Shown here piece after piece: positions 12,502 through 25,355 of a stretch of 64,000 bases of DNA; the stretch's first letter is position 1, and each line of letters starts with the position of its first letter. Source of the DNA: Camelus ferus (taxonomy: Eukaryota); contig NC_045697.1 in NCBI RefSeq assembly GCF_009834535.1, positions 18,416,001-18,480,000 on the forward strand. The letters are read 5' to 3'. The notes below the pieces were generated by a model. It made no database searches. It was not told the origin of the DNA and saw only the letters and a list, made by a program, of their open reading frames with translations. Position numbers and translations under genes: made by a program.

Positions 12502-12654
12502 CAGGGCTGGACGAGGCCAGCAAGGTGCCTGGACCTACAGGGCAAGGGGGCCCCACTCTCAGGCTCCCGCACGTGCACAGCTAGCATCTGAAGTGAGCGC
12601 CTTCTTAAATTTGGTGCCCTTGACACTCCTCTTGTCTCTCTCTTCCTGGCCGTG
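12502..12654. mobile_element. MER96-like palindromic hAT MITE
   Basis: cagggctgg...cactctcagg...agtgagcgccttcttaaatttggtgccct...cctggccgtg matches the recalled MER96 consensus. Confidence 0.65.
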
Positions 12655-12724
12655 GGTAGTAATCCCAGGATACGGCCACAAATGAAAATCGTGACTTTGG
12701 GCGACTCAAAAATAGAATTGTCCA

Positions 12725-13430
12725 CTGACTCATTTGTTTGTTCATTGATTAAGCAAACAGTGGTTGGGTGCCTACTAGTGCCCGATGCTGTGGTCCACAC
12801 TGAAAGGGGCAGCAGGTGAGGTTTGGTCCCTATGGAGGGGACAGCCTGGCCAGGAAGACTAATGTTGAGAAAACAGTAACTTGAGCGATGTGTCTTAGAG
12901 AAGGGGAAGTCCGGTGTGTGGTGGGCATGGGGAGCTGGAGGACCTGGAAGCGGATGCTTTAACTCAAGACTGAAGGATGAATACGATTTGGATTGCAGAG
13001 AGAGGCACACACACATGCATGTACACACTGGAGAAGGGAATGTCATCCCAGGTAGAAACACACGCTCAAACACTCTCCATAACCATTCAATCTACGCTTG
13101 TACAACGTCTATTAGGAACCAGGCAGGGGTTTGCCTTCAACAATGATGGAGATAAAATCATCATCCAACCCTCAAGGAATTGACCTTAACAGGGAAAGCT
13201 TCAGACTAGTTAGGGGACCCTGATCATGCAGAGCAATGGGGTACAGAGCAGGAGGTTCAGTTCAACCAGAGCGGATAAAGGAAGGCTTCCAGTAAGGGTG
13301 GTGCCTGCCTGAGCTGGATTTTGAAAGATGAATAGATATTAGCCAGTCAAAGAAGTATTCAGGGCAAGCCAAGAAGAGAAACCAGCCCGAGAAAGGCAGA
13401 GAGGCGAGGGACTGCAGGTGATTCTTTAAA
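12725..13430 (-). mobile_element. L2 fragments
   Basis: ttcattgattaagcaaac...gtgcctactagtgcc; ggaaggcttcc...tgagctggattttgaaagatgaatag are antisense L2 motifs. Confidence 0.55.
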
Positions 13431-14717
13431 GGATGAGTGGGTGCCCAGGCTAGCCCATGTCATGTAATGTAATGACAAAGAACAACAGTAGGAAGAATAC
13501 TACAGTGGAGCTGCATCCAGGGCATCTCTCAGTGAGTCCCACGCATCAGGTTTTCTTCCAGCATGAGAACAGATAGCTATTTCTTTAGTGGAACACGGAA
13601 TGAAGCCGTTGGCTTGCATCTAAGAGTTTGTGCTGCGTGAAAAAATTACATGTCTTTAAACTAGAATGGAATTCACTGCACCAAGATGTTTGTACCATTA
13701 GACTTTGAGAAGCTAGAAGGAAATGAGACGGACCAAGGGCTCTCCAGATTGATGCCTTGCAGATATCACACTCTCTCTGGGGCATGGCTAATTGAGGAGA
13801 CTGGCAGGCAGTTGCCTACACATTTAAATTGTTTCTTTCTTTCTTTTTCTCTCCCTGATCACAAAGATATAAAAAGTTACATGTGGTGCAATTTTACTAT
13901 TTGCCAAGAGCATAACCCCTTAGAAGAATTTATGCTGGAACCAGAATGCCTGGTCTGAGCCCCAGCTCCACTCTTGGTGTATCCTTGAGCAAGTTACTTC
14001 CCTTTGCCTCAGTCTTCTCATCCATAAAATAGGAGTAATAATATCCTTAGGAGAAATAAATGAGTCAACGCACATAAAGTGCGAAGGCGAGTGATTGCAC
14101 GTAGGAAGCGCTCTTTTAAATAAGAGTCACGGTCATTGTTTTTGTTGGTCTATTATTCTAAAGAGCCTTAGGTCTGTAGTGTTACCACCATTCAGACTCA
14201 GTTTCTGTGGGAAAGGCAGGAGGGATCCTGTTTCCCACCTACAGGAGCCATGGTTGATGGGATAGGGAAGATGTAGGCATCCAAGGCTGGGTTGGGGTTG
14301 GAGAGTTGTGGGAGAAACAATTGCGAGTTATGGAACCCCAGGGTGAGAGCCCACCGCACCACCCTCTGGATCAGGGATCCAGTGCAGATCGAGTAGATGC
14401 CATTCCTTGGTGCGGGCAGTAAAGGGCGGGTGAGGCCAGGTGTCCAGGGTACTGGCAGCATCTCCTCACTTGGCCCGTAGCCCGGGCAGCTTAGGACAAA
14501 ACGCTTGGTCAGGCCTGGCCAGACAAGGGAGGTGGGTTTGTCTTTGATGTGTCCCCCATCTCCCCTGATGTCCAGTTTGCCTGGTCTAAGCCCCACAAGT
14601 CTAGGGCTTCATCCCATGAACTCAGCCACAGCTGCCCCACACCTGTTCCTCCCTCTCCCAGCCCATCAAGGCCCCAGGCCAGGTCCTTCCTCCCTACTCA
14701 GACCTCATCAGCCTACA

Positions 14718-14850
14718 GCTTGCTCCTCAAAGTGTGGTCTTTGGCCCGGGCACCACCTGAAAGCTTGTTAGAAATGCAGAATGAATGGAATCTGAGTTTT
14801 AATAAGATCCCCAGGTAACTTGTTTGCATGTTGCAGTTTGAGAGACACCT
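14718..14850. mobile_element. MER5A fragment
   Basis: ctcaaagtgtggtc...cacctgaaagcttgttagaaatgcaga...tttaataagatccccaggt...agtttgaga. Confidence 0.75.
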
Positions 14851-15089
14851 ACACGATTAATTCCTCTTCTGACTGCTCTCCCATGGTCCTTGCCAACCTC
14901 CTGAAAACTGGCTTTCCCAGCTGGGCCCAGAGAAGGGCTCTCTTATTGGGTTACATGGTTGGAGCTCATCTCACACCTTCAGCCTCTCCATCAGCTGTCC
15001 CCTTTCTGCCCTACCAGTCCTTCCTTCCCCCTGAACTTCCCATGGCAGCACATTCAACCTCTACTGAAGGCTTGGGCTATTACATTGCA

Positions 15090-17200
15090 GTACAGCAAAA
15101 AATTAATTTTTTAATATATTTTAAATTATTTTTTAATCAAAGTGTCACATCAGAATTTAAAAAGTCAGTAAAAACTACAAAATACAAAATAAAATTTAAA
15201 AAACAGTAATGCCCTATTCATCTCCATCCCTACTTCCCTCTGGAAAGTCAATCATTCTTTGAGGGTTTTTTTCAGGCACAAACTGCTTTATACCACTATT
15301 CCTTAATTCAATCATTTTAAAGTTTTTCTCTTGGCTTACTATTATGATACATGAGGATTTCACTCTTTAAAAATCTGTCCCTTTTTCCATTTTCCAAATA
15401 CAGTTTTATCACGATTTTTGGTCAAGCCAATATTTGGTGTTTTTAATGCTCAGTGTGTCCCTGCAATCAAGAAACATGCCTTTCCATTTAGGCAAGTTTT
15501 CTTGTATTATTTCTTTAATAATTTCCTCCTCTGCAATGAATTCTCTATTTCCTCCATCTCGGGACTGCTTATCCACTCATTGTATTATATTAATCTTACC
15601 CACTGCAGAGACATTCAGTGTCTAGATTATATACTCACTTTTGTGTAACTTTTCATTTTTCTATAGTTAATAATTGCATCATTTGATGACTTTTCTTTGA
15701 ACCTATGACTAAGTTTCCTACATCCTATCACAGCTCTGTACAATGTCTTTCCACACAATCTTCCACTTGGTTATAGTGTCAGATAATTTGTTGTTGTCAT
15801 TTTCCACCAGTCCTAGTCAGTCTGAGCTGCCATAACAAATTACCACAGACTGGGTGTCTTAAACAACAAACATTTATGTGTCATAGCTCTAGAGGCTGGG
15901 AAGGCCACCACTAGGGGGCCAGCAGATCTGGGTCTGGTGAGATCCTGCTTCCTGGCCTACGGATGGCTGTCTTCTCATTGTGCCCTCACGTGGCAGAAAG
16001 CAGAGAGAAAAGGAAAGCAAGTGCTCATGCCTGCTTATATGGGCACTAATCCCATTTGTGGGGGATTCACCCTCAGGATTTAATTACCTGCCAAAAGGCC
16101 CCACCTCCCAATACCATCACATTGGGAGTTAGGATTCCAACAGATGAATTTTGGGGGGAACATAAACACTCAGTCCATAACACTACACCCTTCTTCTCAG
16201 ATACCCTCTGACCTCCTGTCCCTTAAACCAATTGCCCAACTGCAGACCTGGGATCTGTCTTCTCCATCTTCCCAGTGATCCCCTTTGCCTCTCTCCTGTG
16301 AATCTCACTTACTGATTTTCCTCTTTTTTGTTTATGTCCTCATTGTGACTAAGAGATATCCTCCAGTAGTTTCCTGACATAAGGTACATGGAGATAATTT
16401 TTGTGAGACATCGGATGTCTGAAAATGTCTTTATGTATGTAAGTTCACACTTGCTGATTTGGCTGGGTATAGAATTCTAGGTTGAAAATTCTTTTTTTTT
16501 TCTTTTTTTTCAGTTCTGAAGATGTGCCCTATTATGTTTAAGTTCCTAGTGTTGCTGTCAAATGCCATCTTTAGTCCTCATCTTTTGTGTATGTCCCTTT
16601 CCCTGCCTCCATCTCTCTTTTAGGAGGCTTTTAGTATTTTGGTGTTTTGCCATTTCACAAAGATGTATTTATCTGTATTCATTGTGTTGGTCATTCTGGG
16701 GGTCCTTTTAATCAGGAAGCTTATTAGTTTAGGGAGTGTACTTCAGTTTGGGGAAACTTTCTTGTATCACTTCCTCAGTAATTTTCACTATACTGTATTC
16801 ACCATTTCCTCTTTATCTGGAATTCTTATTCATTAGAAGATGATCCTTCTAATGGGTGAGTTTCCTACTTTTAAAAACGTTTTCCTTCTGTTTATCATCT
16901 TGCCCTTTTTTTACTTTCTGATAAACATATTTGACTTTCTCTTACAATTTAAAAAACTCATTTTAGATTTTGGTTCTCGTATTTTTAATTTCCTCTAGCT
17001 TCTTTTTCCCCTTTTCCTCTGAATGTTCTGATGATCCTTGATAACCTGCTTTTACTTAAGATTGAGAATCTCAGAGCTGATTGGAAACTCAAAGATGATT
17101 AGGATCTCTGAAAAGTGAGGCAAGGCCACTTGCCCATTAGTAGGTTTTGCTTATGGGTGATTTAAGGGGCTAGGCAAGTATTTCCTGTCGTTTGAAGGTG
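15090..17200 (-). mobile_element. Ancient L1 (L1M/L1ME-like) antisense fragments, interrupted by an MLT1
   Basis: Long T-rich stretch including tttggctgggtatagaattctaggttg and tgtctgaaaatgtcttta, typical of old L1 in antisense. Confidence 0.6.
15811..16182 (-). mobile_element. MaLR LTR (MLT1A-like)
   Basis: gctgccataacaaattaccacagactgggtg...ccccacctcccaataccatcacattggg...aacactcagtccataaca. Confidence 0.85.
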
Positions 17201-17462
17201 ATTTTTGGTACAAGAAGGGAGTGGAACTCTCACTTCTGCCATCCTAAAATTCAGCAAACACATTAAACATGCTTTTCTCAAAGCCCCTCTGCAATCTCTC
17301 GCCAGTGGGAGTTCCACCCTTGGCGTATATTCCTCTCACACACTATTTCCTGCAGGCCTTTTCTCTCCCTGGGTTCCTTCCACCCCCACCTCCACTTTTC
17401 CTGTTTCCCTTTCCTCTTGCAGAACAGTGCAGGCCTCTCTTTATTCATCCCTCTTCATTTTG

Positions 17463-17593
17463 TTTGTTTTGTATCATTAATTTTATGTATTTATTTTTAA
17501 TTGATTTTTTTTAATGGCGGTACTGGGGATTGAACCCAGGATCTCATGCAGGCTGAGCAAATGCTCTGCCACTAAGCTATACGCTCTCCCCAG
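17463..17593 (-). mobile_element. Camelid tRNA-Ala-derived SINE with 17-bp TSD
   Basis: Antisense tRNA-like head; TSD catccctcttcattttg (17446-17462) / catccctcttctttttg (17594-17610). Confidence 0.9.
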
Positions 17594-17643
17594 CATCCCT
17601 CTTCTTTTTGATTCTGTTCAGGAATCTTTCATCATGTAAATGG

Positions 17644-17820
17644 TGTATTAGTTCCTGGAGTCGCTGTAACAAATTCCACAAACTAAGTGGCTTAAAACGA
17701 CAGACATTATTCTCTCACCGTTCTGGAGACTAGAATTCTGAAATGCAGGTATCAGCAGGGCTGTGCTCTCTGAAGGACACAAAAGACTCTTTCCTTGCCT
17801 ATTCCCAGCTTCTGCTGCTT
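17644..17820 (-). mobile_element. MLT1 LTR fragment
   Basis: tgtattagttcc...gctgtaacaaattccacaaactaagtggcttaaaac. Confidence 0.75.
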
Positions 17821-17821
17821 T

Positions 17822-18018
17822 TGCCTAAAGGAAGTAATCTTGTTGTTTTGCCTAGTTAACTTTGTTTTTCCTCCCTTCTGCCTATAAAAAGTCTTTCCTT
17901 TTGTCCAGCTCCTAAGAGCTCCTTTCTGTCTGCTAGTTTGGATGTTGCCCAATTCAAATAGATTTTTGCTCAGATAAACTCTGATAATTTGTAATATGCC
18001 TCAGTTAATTTTATAACA
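17822..18018 (+). mobile_element. ERV1-class LTR 3' half (MER34-like)
   Basis: TATA-like cctataaaaag, cagctcctaagagctcctttc, and end atgcctcagttaattttataaca. Confidence 0.6.
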
Positions 18019-19239
18019 TTAGTTAAGTATTAGAAAATAAATTTGTTTCTTGTGTTTGCCCAGCATCCTGGTTTATCTGGCTTTCTGGTGGGAAAGTGAT
18101 CTGACGCATTCATTGTCTCAAAGAATTGATGATTGTTACCCTCCCAGAGCTTCCGCTTTTTAATAGTTCCCATGGACAGCTTTCTGTGGGCCCCCAGCGG
18201 TCACTGAATAAAACCGATGCTCAACCTGACATGAAAAGCCCTTCACAATCGGCATGGGAGCTTTTCCAGTCTTTTAGCCTTTGCTGTATCCATTCTCCAA
18301 ACCAGCCAGGTTCTTCCCTCACTCAGTGCTTCTGTTTGACCCTGCTCCCTGCCTGAATTGGTCTCCCTTCCTCTGTCTCCCCAGTGAACTTCTACTCATC
18401 CCTCAAGACCCAGCCCAAAAGCCACTTTCTTTATGAAGCCTTTTTTAACTGCCATAAGCAGAATTCACTTCTGCCTGGCGGCTCCCTGCCATTGTGAGCA
18501 CAGTTCCATTTTAACACTTGCCCTGTTGTGAGGGAATTTCTAGGGTCTGTGTCCACCCGGAGCTAGACTGTAGGTCCTGTCATGTCTACAAAGCCCAGCA
18601 GACTTGATTACATTTGTCCGGTGAGGTCATGATGCAGCGTGAACAGAAAACAAGCATAGGAAGCTTTTAGGGCTGCTCAACCCATACCTGGGGGACTTCT
18701 GAATAATTTCTCAGCATAATCACTGGGAATTCAAGGAGGGAATGAGGGGTTATGTAGTAACCCAAACTCTACTATCAGAGACTCAATCCAAGGTGACAAT
18801 CTTTTACAGCTCCTACACCTCAGACAAAACAGGACCTCTCCTTGATGGAGGCCAGGGAAGCGTGGTATCTTGGAGAAGAGGAGGGACCCCTTATTCCCTG
18901 TCAGTCTCTTAGTCAGGCTGACTCTGGTCAGCTCAGATCTCAGGGGCTTGCTGCAATGAAGCTCAAGAACCAGGCAGCTACAAAAAGAAAAAAATGAAGA
19001 GCTCACAGGGCTGACTATTTCCTCATCATCTCTCTCACACAGGCTGCAGCATCCATCTGTCTGTCTGTCACTCCTCTCCCGGTGAGGCGGACACCCCCAG
19101 GACCCTCCCCAGAGCCCTCGGACCTTGCAGTGTGCCTCTGATCATTCCAGCTGCCAGTGTCTGTGTCTCTGTGCCTATGGAATTTCTTTCCAGAGCCACG
19201 GAAGGCAGCTCTTTCCGCAAGCAGTAGGTCAGAGTGCTA

Positions 19240-19522
19240 GAAAATCAAATTCCCTGGATGTAGTTGTATAGACGCCCTGATCCCCTTACCTCCCAGCCAG
19301 GGATAACTCTGAGGTGTGCATATTCCAACTCCCCCTCCCCGGATGAAGCTTCAGACGCCCGTGTCTGTGGCTGGCTTGATAGTGCACCGTTTATGGGCCT
19401 CCCTTCCTCGCCCGTATCCCTTCCCCACTCATCTGCTGGAGTTTCCTGGGACCACTGCCCAAATATTCTGAGTGCAAATTTGTGCTCAAATCCTTGTCCC
19501 GGCGTCTGCTTCCGAGGGAATT
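19240..19522 (+). mobile_element. ERVL LTR (LTR16-like)
   Basis: ggataactctgagg...tttcctgggaccactgcccaaata...ctcaaatccttgtcccggcgtctgcttccgagggaa. Confidence 0.65.
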
Positions 19523-20308
19523 CGCGGCAACTCTGCTCTCTTCTTGTTACCATTTGGCTTATCCTTTCTTCTCATCTTTGCAACCTTTTTTAAAAAACTT
19601 CATAGCTCTACTTTTTCACGTCTTTTGCTTGCACATTTTAATAGTCATTTCTACTTTCTCATAGCTTGCATCATCTGTAACCCCTCACAGCCCTCGCTCT
19701 ACCACGTGCTGTCTCTTTACATCTTTCATTCACTATTCCCACTGCTAACTGCCTCCCTCTTCTCATTTCTCAGTTCAAATCCCACAGGAGGGAATCTGAT
19801 GGCCCAGCTCATCTATTTTGCATAAAGCGCTAGCCGGCCCATGGATTGGGTGTGCTTGGGTCAGCTGATCACAGCTGGTCCAATCAGCTGTGCTGGAGGA
19901 GGGAGAAGACACAGCAGTCTTTTCTATGGGCAATTGACGCTTTCTCAATTTTATTTTAAGTGTAATTTCAACTTCTTGCCAATCAGAGTGTCCCGCTAAG
20001 TCATGGAATTCTGAAGCCGACATGGGTTTGTATACATTAAGATGTGGCCACCTAGAAACTGACCCTCAGCCAGGCTGTGGGCAGGACCTTTTCTGGGAGA
20101 AGCCTGTGTACCTGACGCCAATGTATTTGACAGGGTTAGTACCCCCAGCTTCCTGTGGAAAAAAAAAAAACAAAAAACCTATTATTTAATGGTTACAAAA
20201 AAGCTTAGAAAATATAGAAGAACACAAAGGAAGAAAGTAAAAGCCACAAGAAATCCCAGCACTCTGAGATAATCACTCCTTGCATTTTAGGGCCTTTCCT
20301 TCTGTATA

Positions 20309-20328
20309 TGTGTGTGTGTGTGTGTGTG
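20309..20328. repeat. (TG)10 microsatellite
   Basis: Read directly. Confidence 0.95.
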
Positions 20329-22696
20329 TTTATATTTAGAGGGAATATTTCTCCCCATAAAGGAGAGCTGTCCTACATAGGCTGCTTTTAATAACCTGCT
20401 TTTTTCCACTTTATCACTGAACATTTTTCTGTGCCGTTAAATATGCTTCTACAGCCTCATTTTAGGTCAGCCTGGTCTTCAAACGCAGGGCTTCCTCCCT
20501 GCATGAGCTGCCTTCCTAGCCCTCCCCTCCCCAGGACGCTCAGCTACGAAAGGCACCGATTGACACAGGTAAATCTAATGAGCTCCTCTTGCTCCCCTCT
20601 ACAGAATTTCAGCTAAACATACGCGGCCAGCTGCCATGTGGGGCCCGGGCTGCCTACCTTGGAGGGAGCTTCCCTGACGGCCCCAGACTCTCCGGGGAAA
20701 TCACAGTCAGCTCTCTACCGTTTCCTCATTCCCCACATGTGCTCTGCAAAGCCAGCTCAGGACAGCGTAAATTCAAATGATCAAAAACTCAGCGCTGGAA
20801 GCTCCCTTAGGAGACGGCTCCAGCCCCTCCGAGTTAGAAATGAGGAACCAGGCCAAGAGAGGGGAAGTGACACGTCTGCACTCTGCTGGGAAGCGGGTGG
20901 CAAGGTGAGGGCTCAAACTTGTGTCCCCATGGCCAAGCGCAGTCTCTTCTTGCCACCACCCTAACACCTGCCGCAGGGGCGGGGGTTCTCCTCGTGGACC
21001 CACCTGCCCTGCAGGGTAGGGTTTCATTCCCAAACCCCAGATGGAGTTTGCCAACTTAAAGCCCTAGCCTGAGGAATGACCTTAAGGGATGAGGCCGCCC
21101 TGCACCTCCCACCCACCCAAGCCTCCTGCTGGATCAGGTCCTTGTTTCACATCCCTGGGTGTGGTGTGGTTAGTCCAGCTGCCTTTCTGGCAGTCTGCAG
21201 TGGCCAGGCCTTGGGGCTAAGTAAACATTCTAGCAGCAACAGGCCTTCCTGTCTCTTAGAGCCTGTGCTGGGGAAATGTCTGGGCTCCGGAGAAGCAACA
21301 GAGAAGAAGGAGGCAGCAGCTTTGCAGACTGTCACTAAGGCACAGAGCCCTGCTCCAGGCCTCAGTGCTCCGAGTCGGGAGCAGACTGCAGTGGTTGGAG
21401 AAGCCCCAGGAGTCCACAACGTCCCTGCCCTTCCACTATCTTCCGGAGATGCCCTCAAGGTTGACCCCAGCCTGCACTGGGAGTCTCTGGTTACTGGGAG
21501 AAACTGTAGGAGGCTTTGCCCCTGTGCGGTTCAGAGACGAAAGCCAGTTCACTCAGTATGAACTGGGAGGAGGATCCCAGTGCCCCATCTGCCATTCTGA
21601 GGAGTCAGGCTCCTGCCTGATTACAGAGCCCTGGGGCCTTACATTTAAGCAGCATGAATGGAATTCCGAGGCCTTATTTTTCCCTTTACTAAGCCTGAGC
21701 CCCAGCCTCAAGGATCCCCCAGGGCCCAGGCCCAAGGCAGAGCTGGGGCTGCCCGCTCTCTTCCTGGCAGCCGAGGCGTTTCCTTCCCTCCATGGCTCTG
21801 CCTTAGAGACGCAGGCTGCTTTTACCCCACGGTCTCGCCCGTGTCTTTCTTCCAGGGGAAACATTTGGTGGCTGTGAGCCTTCTCCAAGTTCAGATCCCT
21901 TAGCTCTTTTTCTACATCTTAAAGCACATGCTGCCCCATCTCATCTTCAGTCCCCTTGCCTCCCCTGCAGATTTCCTCATGTGGCAGGTAGGACCGAAAA
22001 TTCCTGCTGGCCACCATGTTTGCTGAGAACAAACCCAGTTTTCATATCTTCTTAGAGACCAGAGAAGCAGGACAGCAACTGACCCTGGGCAAATGACAGG
22101 TGGGCAAACTCTCCAGTTTAATGGTGATAATAGGTCATTCCTGATTTCCTCGACTGGGAGCAAAGCCTGATGCCTACCAATCCTTCACCCCAGCATCCTC
22201 CCTGCCAGGAACTCTTTGCTAACTCTCACACTCCACCTCCAGGCTAGGAAACCAGAATTCTGACTCTATAATCTTTGTGGGTTTAGAAAGTCCACTGTGA
22301 TTTCCACTCTGTCAAAGACAGTATTCATTTTCACCACTGCAAGCCCACAAACGTAGGGCGCTTCTACCATCACTGTGGGGAAAGGAGGGACACGCCTCTG
22401 GAGGAGAGGGTGTGCCCGGTGCAGCTGATCTGCGCATGGGCAAAAGGTGCCGAGCTTGGCTGCCAAGAAGAAGCAGGGAGAGTTGGAAGGGGAGGTGGAG
22501 ACCAAAGGATGGGGAAGGGAGTGGTGAATGAGGAGAGAAGACAGGAAGTGTGCTGTGCAACCAAGCCCTCAACTCACAACCCTGCTACATGTAGCGACCG
22601 CCGGCATAAGGGGGAGAACCAGGCTCAGCTGACGGCCGCCCTGCCTGCTTCTGCTTCTGCATGAAGCCAAGAAGCAGGCAGGGCCAATATTCCAGG

Positions 22697-22818
22697 CAGG
22701 AGCAGCTACAGAGCTTCCGGGCCCCAGTGCAAAATGAAATTGTGGGGCCCCTTGTTCAAAAATTATTAAGAACGTCTAGATGGAGACCGCAGGTCAGAAA
22801 ACCAAGTGTGGGGTCCTG
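22697..22818 (-). mobile_element. MER45A-like hAT-Tip100 element
   Basis: gggccccagtgcaaaatgaaattgtggggccccttgttcaaaaattattaagaa matches the reverse complement of recalled MER45A. Confidence 0.75.
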
Positions 22819-22959
22819 GGTGAGTGATTCCAGGGCTGAGACTGGTGTTTTGCTGGGTTGAGCTGATTGAGATGTAGTTTATTAAGGTTAAAAACAGAAA
22901 CAAACTTGGGGAGGGACATGATAGGATTAAATCGAGGGATGGAAGTTACATCAGCAACA

Positions 22960-23730
22960 GCTAATTATTGAGGACCTGCTATATGCATCTGTCTTCTAAG
23001 TGCCTTATGAATGTTACCCAATTTAATCTTATGACAGCCATAGAGGGTAGGCACCATTGTCGTCATCATCATCTCCCAGCTGAGAAAGCTGAGAGGCACA
23101 GAAATGGATATAAAAGCACTGTGTAACCATACTGAAAAGGGTTCTTTAACCATTGTGACCATGAGTTAGCTGACCAGTTGAGTAATTTGCTCAAAGGCAA
23201 AAAGCTCCCTAGTGGGAGAGGTAGGATTTGAATGTGGTCTGGGGCCCAGGCCTTGATTCACCATTTGATGCCACTGCCTGTCTGTAAACACAAAGCACAG
23301 TTCAGCCAAGGGATGCTTCCTTACAAGAAACCTATCTCATTGTAGCAAAGAAAGTTCTAATAGAGGTATTTGGAGAGGCATGAGCTGGAGACACTTGAAA
23401 ATAGGCAGGAGGGCCCTTCATCAAGGGGAACCTGGCATTGCTGGGGGGTTGGATTAAATAGCAACAACCCAATAACAAGAGCTGCCACTCTCTCAGCATT
23501 TGTGATAAGCCGGGCCCTGCAAGAAGTGCTTTGCAAGCATCTTTAGAGCCCAGGATGTTGGTACCTTGTCCCCATTTTACAGGAGAGAAGCCCAGAGTCA
23601 CAGAGCTTGGAGCTGTCACTCCTCAGTGTCAAGAAGGTGGACTTGAACCCAAACCTGACTGTCTCCAAAGCCCTTGCTTCCAACAGCTGTACAATATGGG
23701 GTGACTCTTAAGGTCCTTCCCACTCCCAAG
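22960..23730 (-). mobile_element. MIR fragments (several)
   Basis: ctaagtgcctt...atttaatctta; ccccattttacaggagagaag...cagag; ggacttgaacccaa. Confidence 0.6.
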
Positions 23731-24318
23731 ATGCTGTAATTCTCGGTCTCCACGGGTAAATGTTTCTGTATCCACCCATGCGATTTCATTTTAGCCTGTG
23801 TTGATATTTTTACCGAGAGCTTGGAGACTGCTGGGGGCCCAGGAGTCTCTTCCCTGTCTTGAATCAGTCCTCTGGAATGTTGGCCCAAACCCTGGCCAGA
23901 TCGTTCTGATTCCTTCTCCTTCACATTTTACAATCTGGGTTTCCGGTAAGCGCCAGTGAAGGCCCGTGCCTCCGATTTCATCCTTATTTAAACAGACGGC
24001 TTCGTGAGTACTGGCATACGGTCCAAAAAAGCTGGTGAACTCTCACTTTCTCTGAGCTGGGAAGTCTGTGGCAGCCCCTGTACTCAGCCCCCGTACTTAG
24101 GGCTAAAGTCATGGGTTGCAAGGGCTGTGGTGGAGGATTAAACTAGAGCTTTCTCTGGTTTTTTTCTCATCACTTCCAAACTAGCCCCCAAGGATTCCAT
24201 CATCTGGTTCCAGAATTGCAGGCACCAGCAAATCCCTAAGGATCTGATCTGGTACCAGGGCACAAGTCTCTGGTTCCTGTCTAAGTACTCAGCTCTTCCA
24301 AAGACCTATGGTGTCACC

Positions 24319-24716
24319 TATATTAGTTTCCTGTGGCTGTTGTGACAAAGTACCACCAAGTTGGTGGCTTAAAATAACAGAAATTTATTCTCTCACAGTT
24401 CTGGAGGCCAGAAGTCCAAAATCAAGGTGTTAGCAAGACCACGCTCTCTCTGAAGGCTCCAGGGAGAATCTGTTCCAAGCTTTCCTCCTTGGTTCTGGTG
24501 GCCAGTAATCCTTGCTGTCCCTTGGCTCGTGGACATATCACTTCAGTCTCTACCTTGTGGTCACACGGGAATTGATGCTGTTTGTCTCTGTTTGCATGTC
24601 TCTTCTTCTCTTCTTATACGGACATCAGTCATCTTGGACTAGGTCCACCCTCATCGTAACTTGATTACATCTGCAAAGACCCTATTTCCAAATAAGGTCA
24701 CGTGTGCTGGTACTGG
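24319..24716 (-). mobile_element. MaLR LTR (MLT1B/C-like)
   Basis: tattagtttcctgtggctg...ggtggcttaaaataacagaaatttattctctcacagttctggaggccagaagtcc...ctgcaaagaccctatttccaaataaggtcac. Confidence 0.85.
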
Positions 24717-25039
24717 AACAGACCTGAGACCCACACCAGGAGCAGAGGTCCAGCATTTCGCCAGGACCCTGAGCAGCGCCATCCTCAGCTGATGGTGAGC
24801 TGAGAAAGGAAACCAAGCCATTGTGTTAAGTGCTTTGGACCCGCTGACACCAAGGCTCTCTGAAACAGCTTCCCCACAGAGGGCTTCAGACTCCTTTCTT
24901 TCATGTCTGATCATCTTTCTGAAACCCAGTTTCTCCATCCATAAGACAAGCTCATGGAAGCTGCCCAACCCCATCTCAGAGAATGGCTGGGAGGATCAAT
25001 ACCAAGACTTGTGCCGGCTTCTTGGAAGCTGTGTAGACA

Positions 25040-25355
25040 TGCGTTATGCTCACCCATCCCCTTGGCCCTTGCTTCCATCAGGTCTTTGCTCAGATGCCAC
25101 TGCACTAGAGAGAGCGTCCATGACCAGTGTATCTAAACGAGCACCATCCACCCTACCATCCCCTTTTAACTCGTTATCCAAATCACTGACTCTCTGACAT
25201 ATTTATTTACTCGTGGTCTATCCTACCTGTTTTAGAATGTAGCTCTGAGGGGGCAAGGGCTTTGTCTCTTTGTTCCCCTGTGGTAGCCCCAGTACCTGCA
25301 ACAGTGCCTGGCACATGGCAGGCACTCAGTAGTAACTGTTGATTGAATAAATGAA
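25040..25355 (+). mobile_element. L2 3' end
   Basis: acagtgcctggcacatggcaggcactcagtagtaactgttgattgaataaatgaa. Confidence 0.75.

Noticed and set aside
12240..13073. Longest ORF in the track (277 aa, minus strand)
   Set aside because: It runs across L2, a MER96-like element, a SINE and L1 sequence, and has no recognisable domain; a chance ORF.
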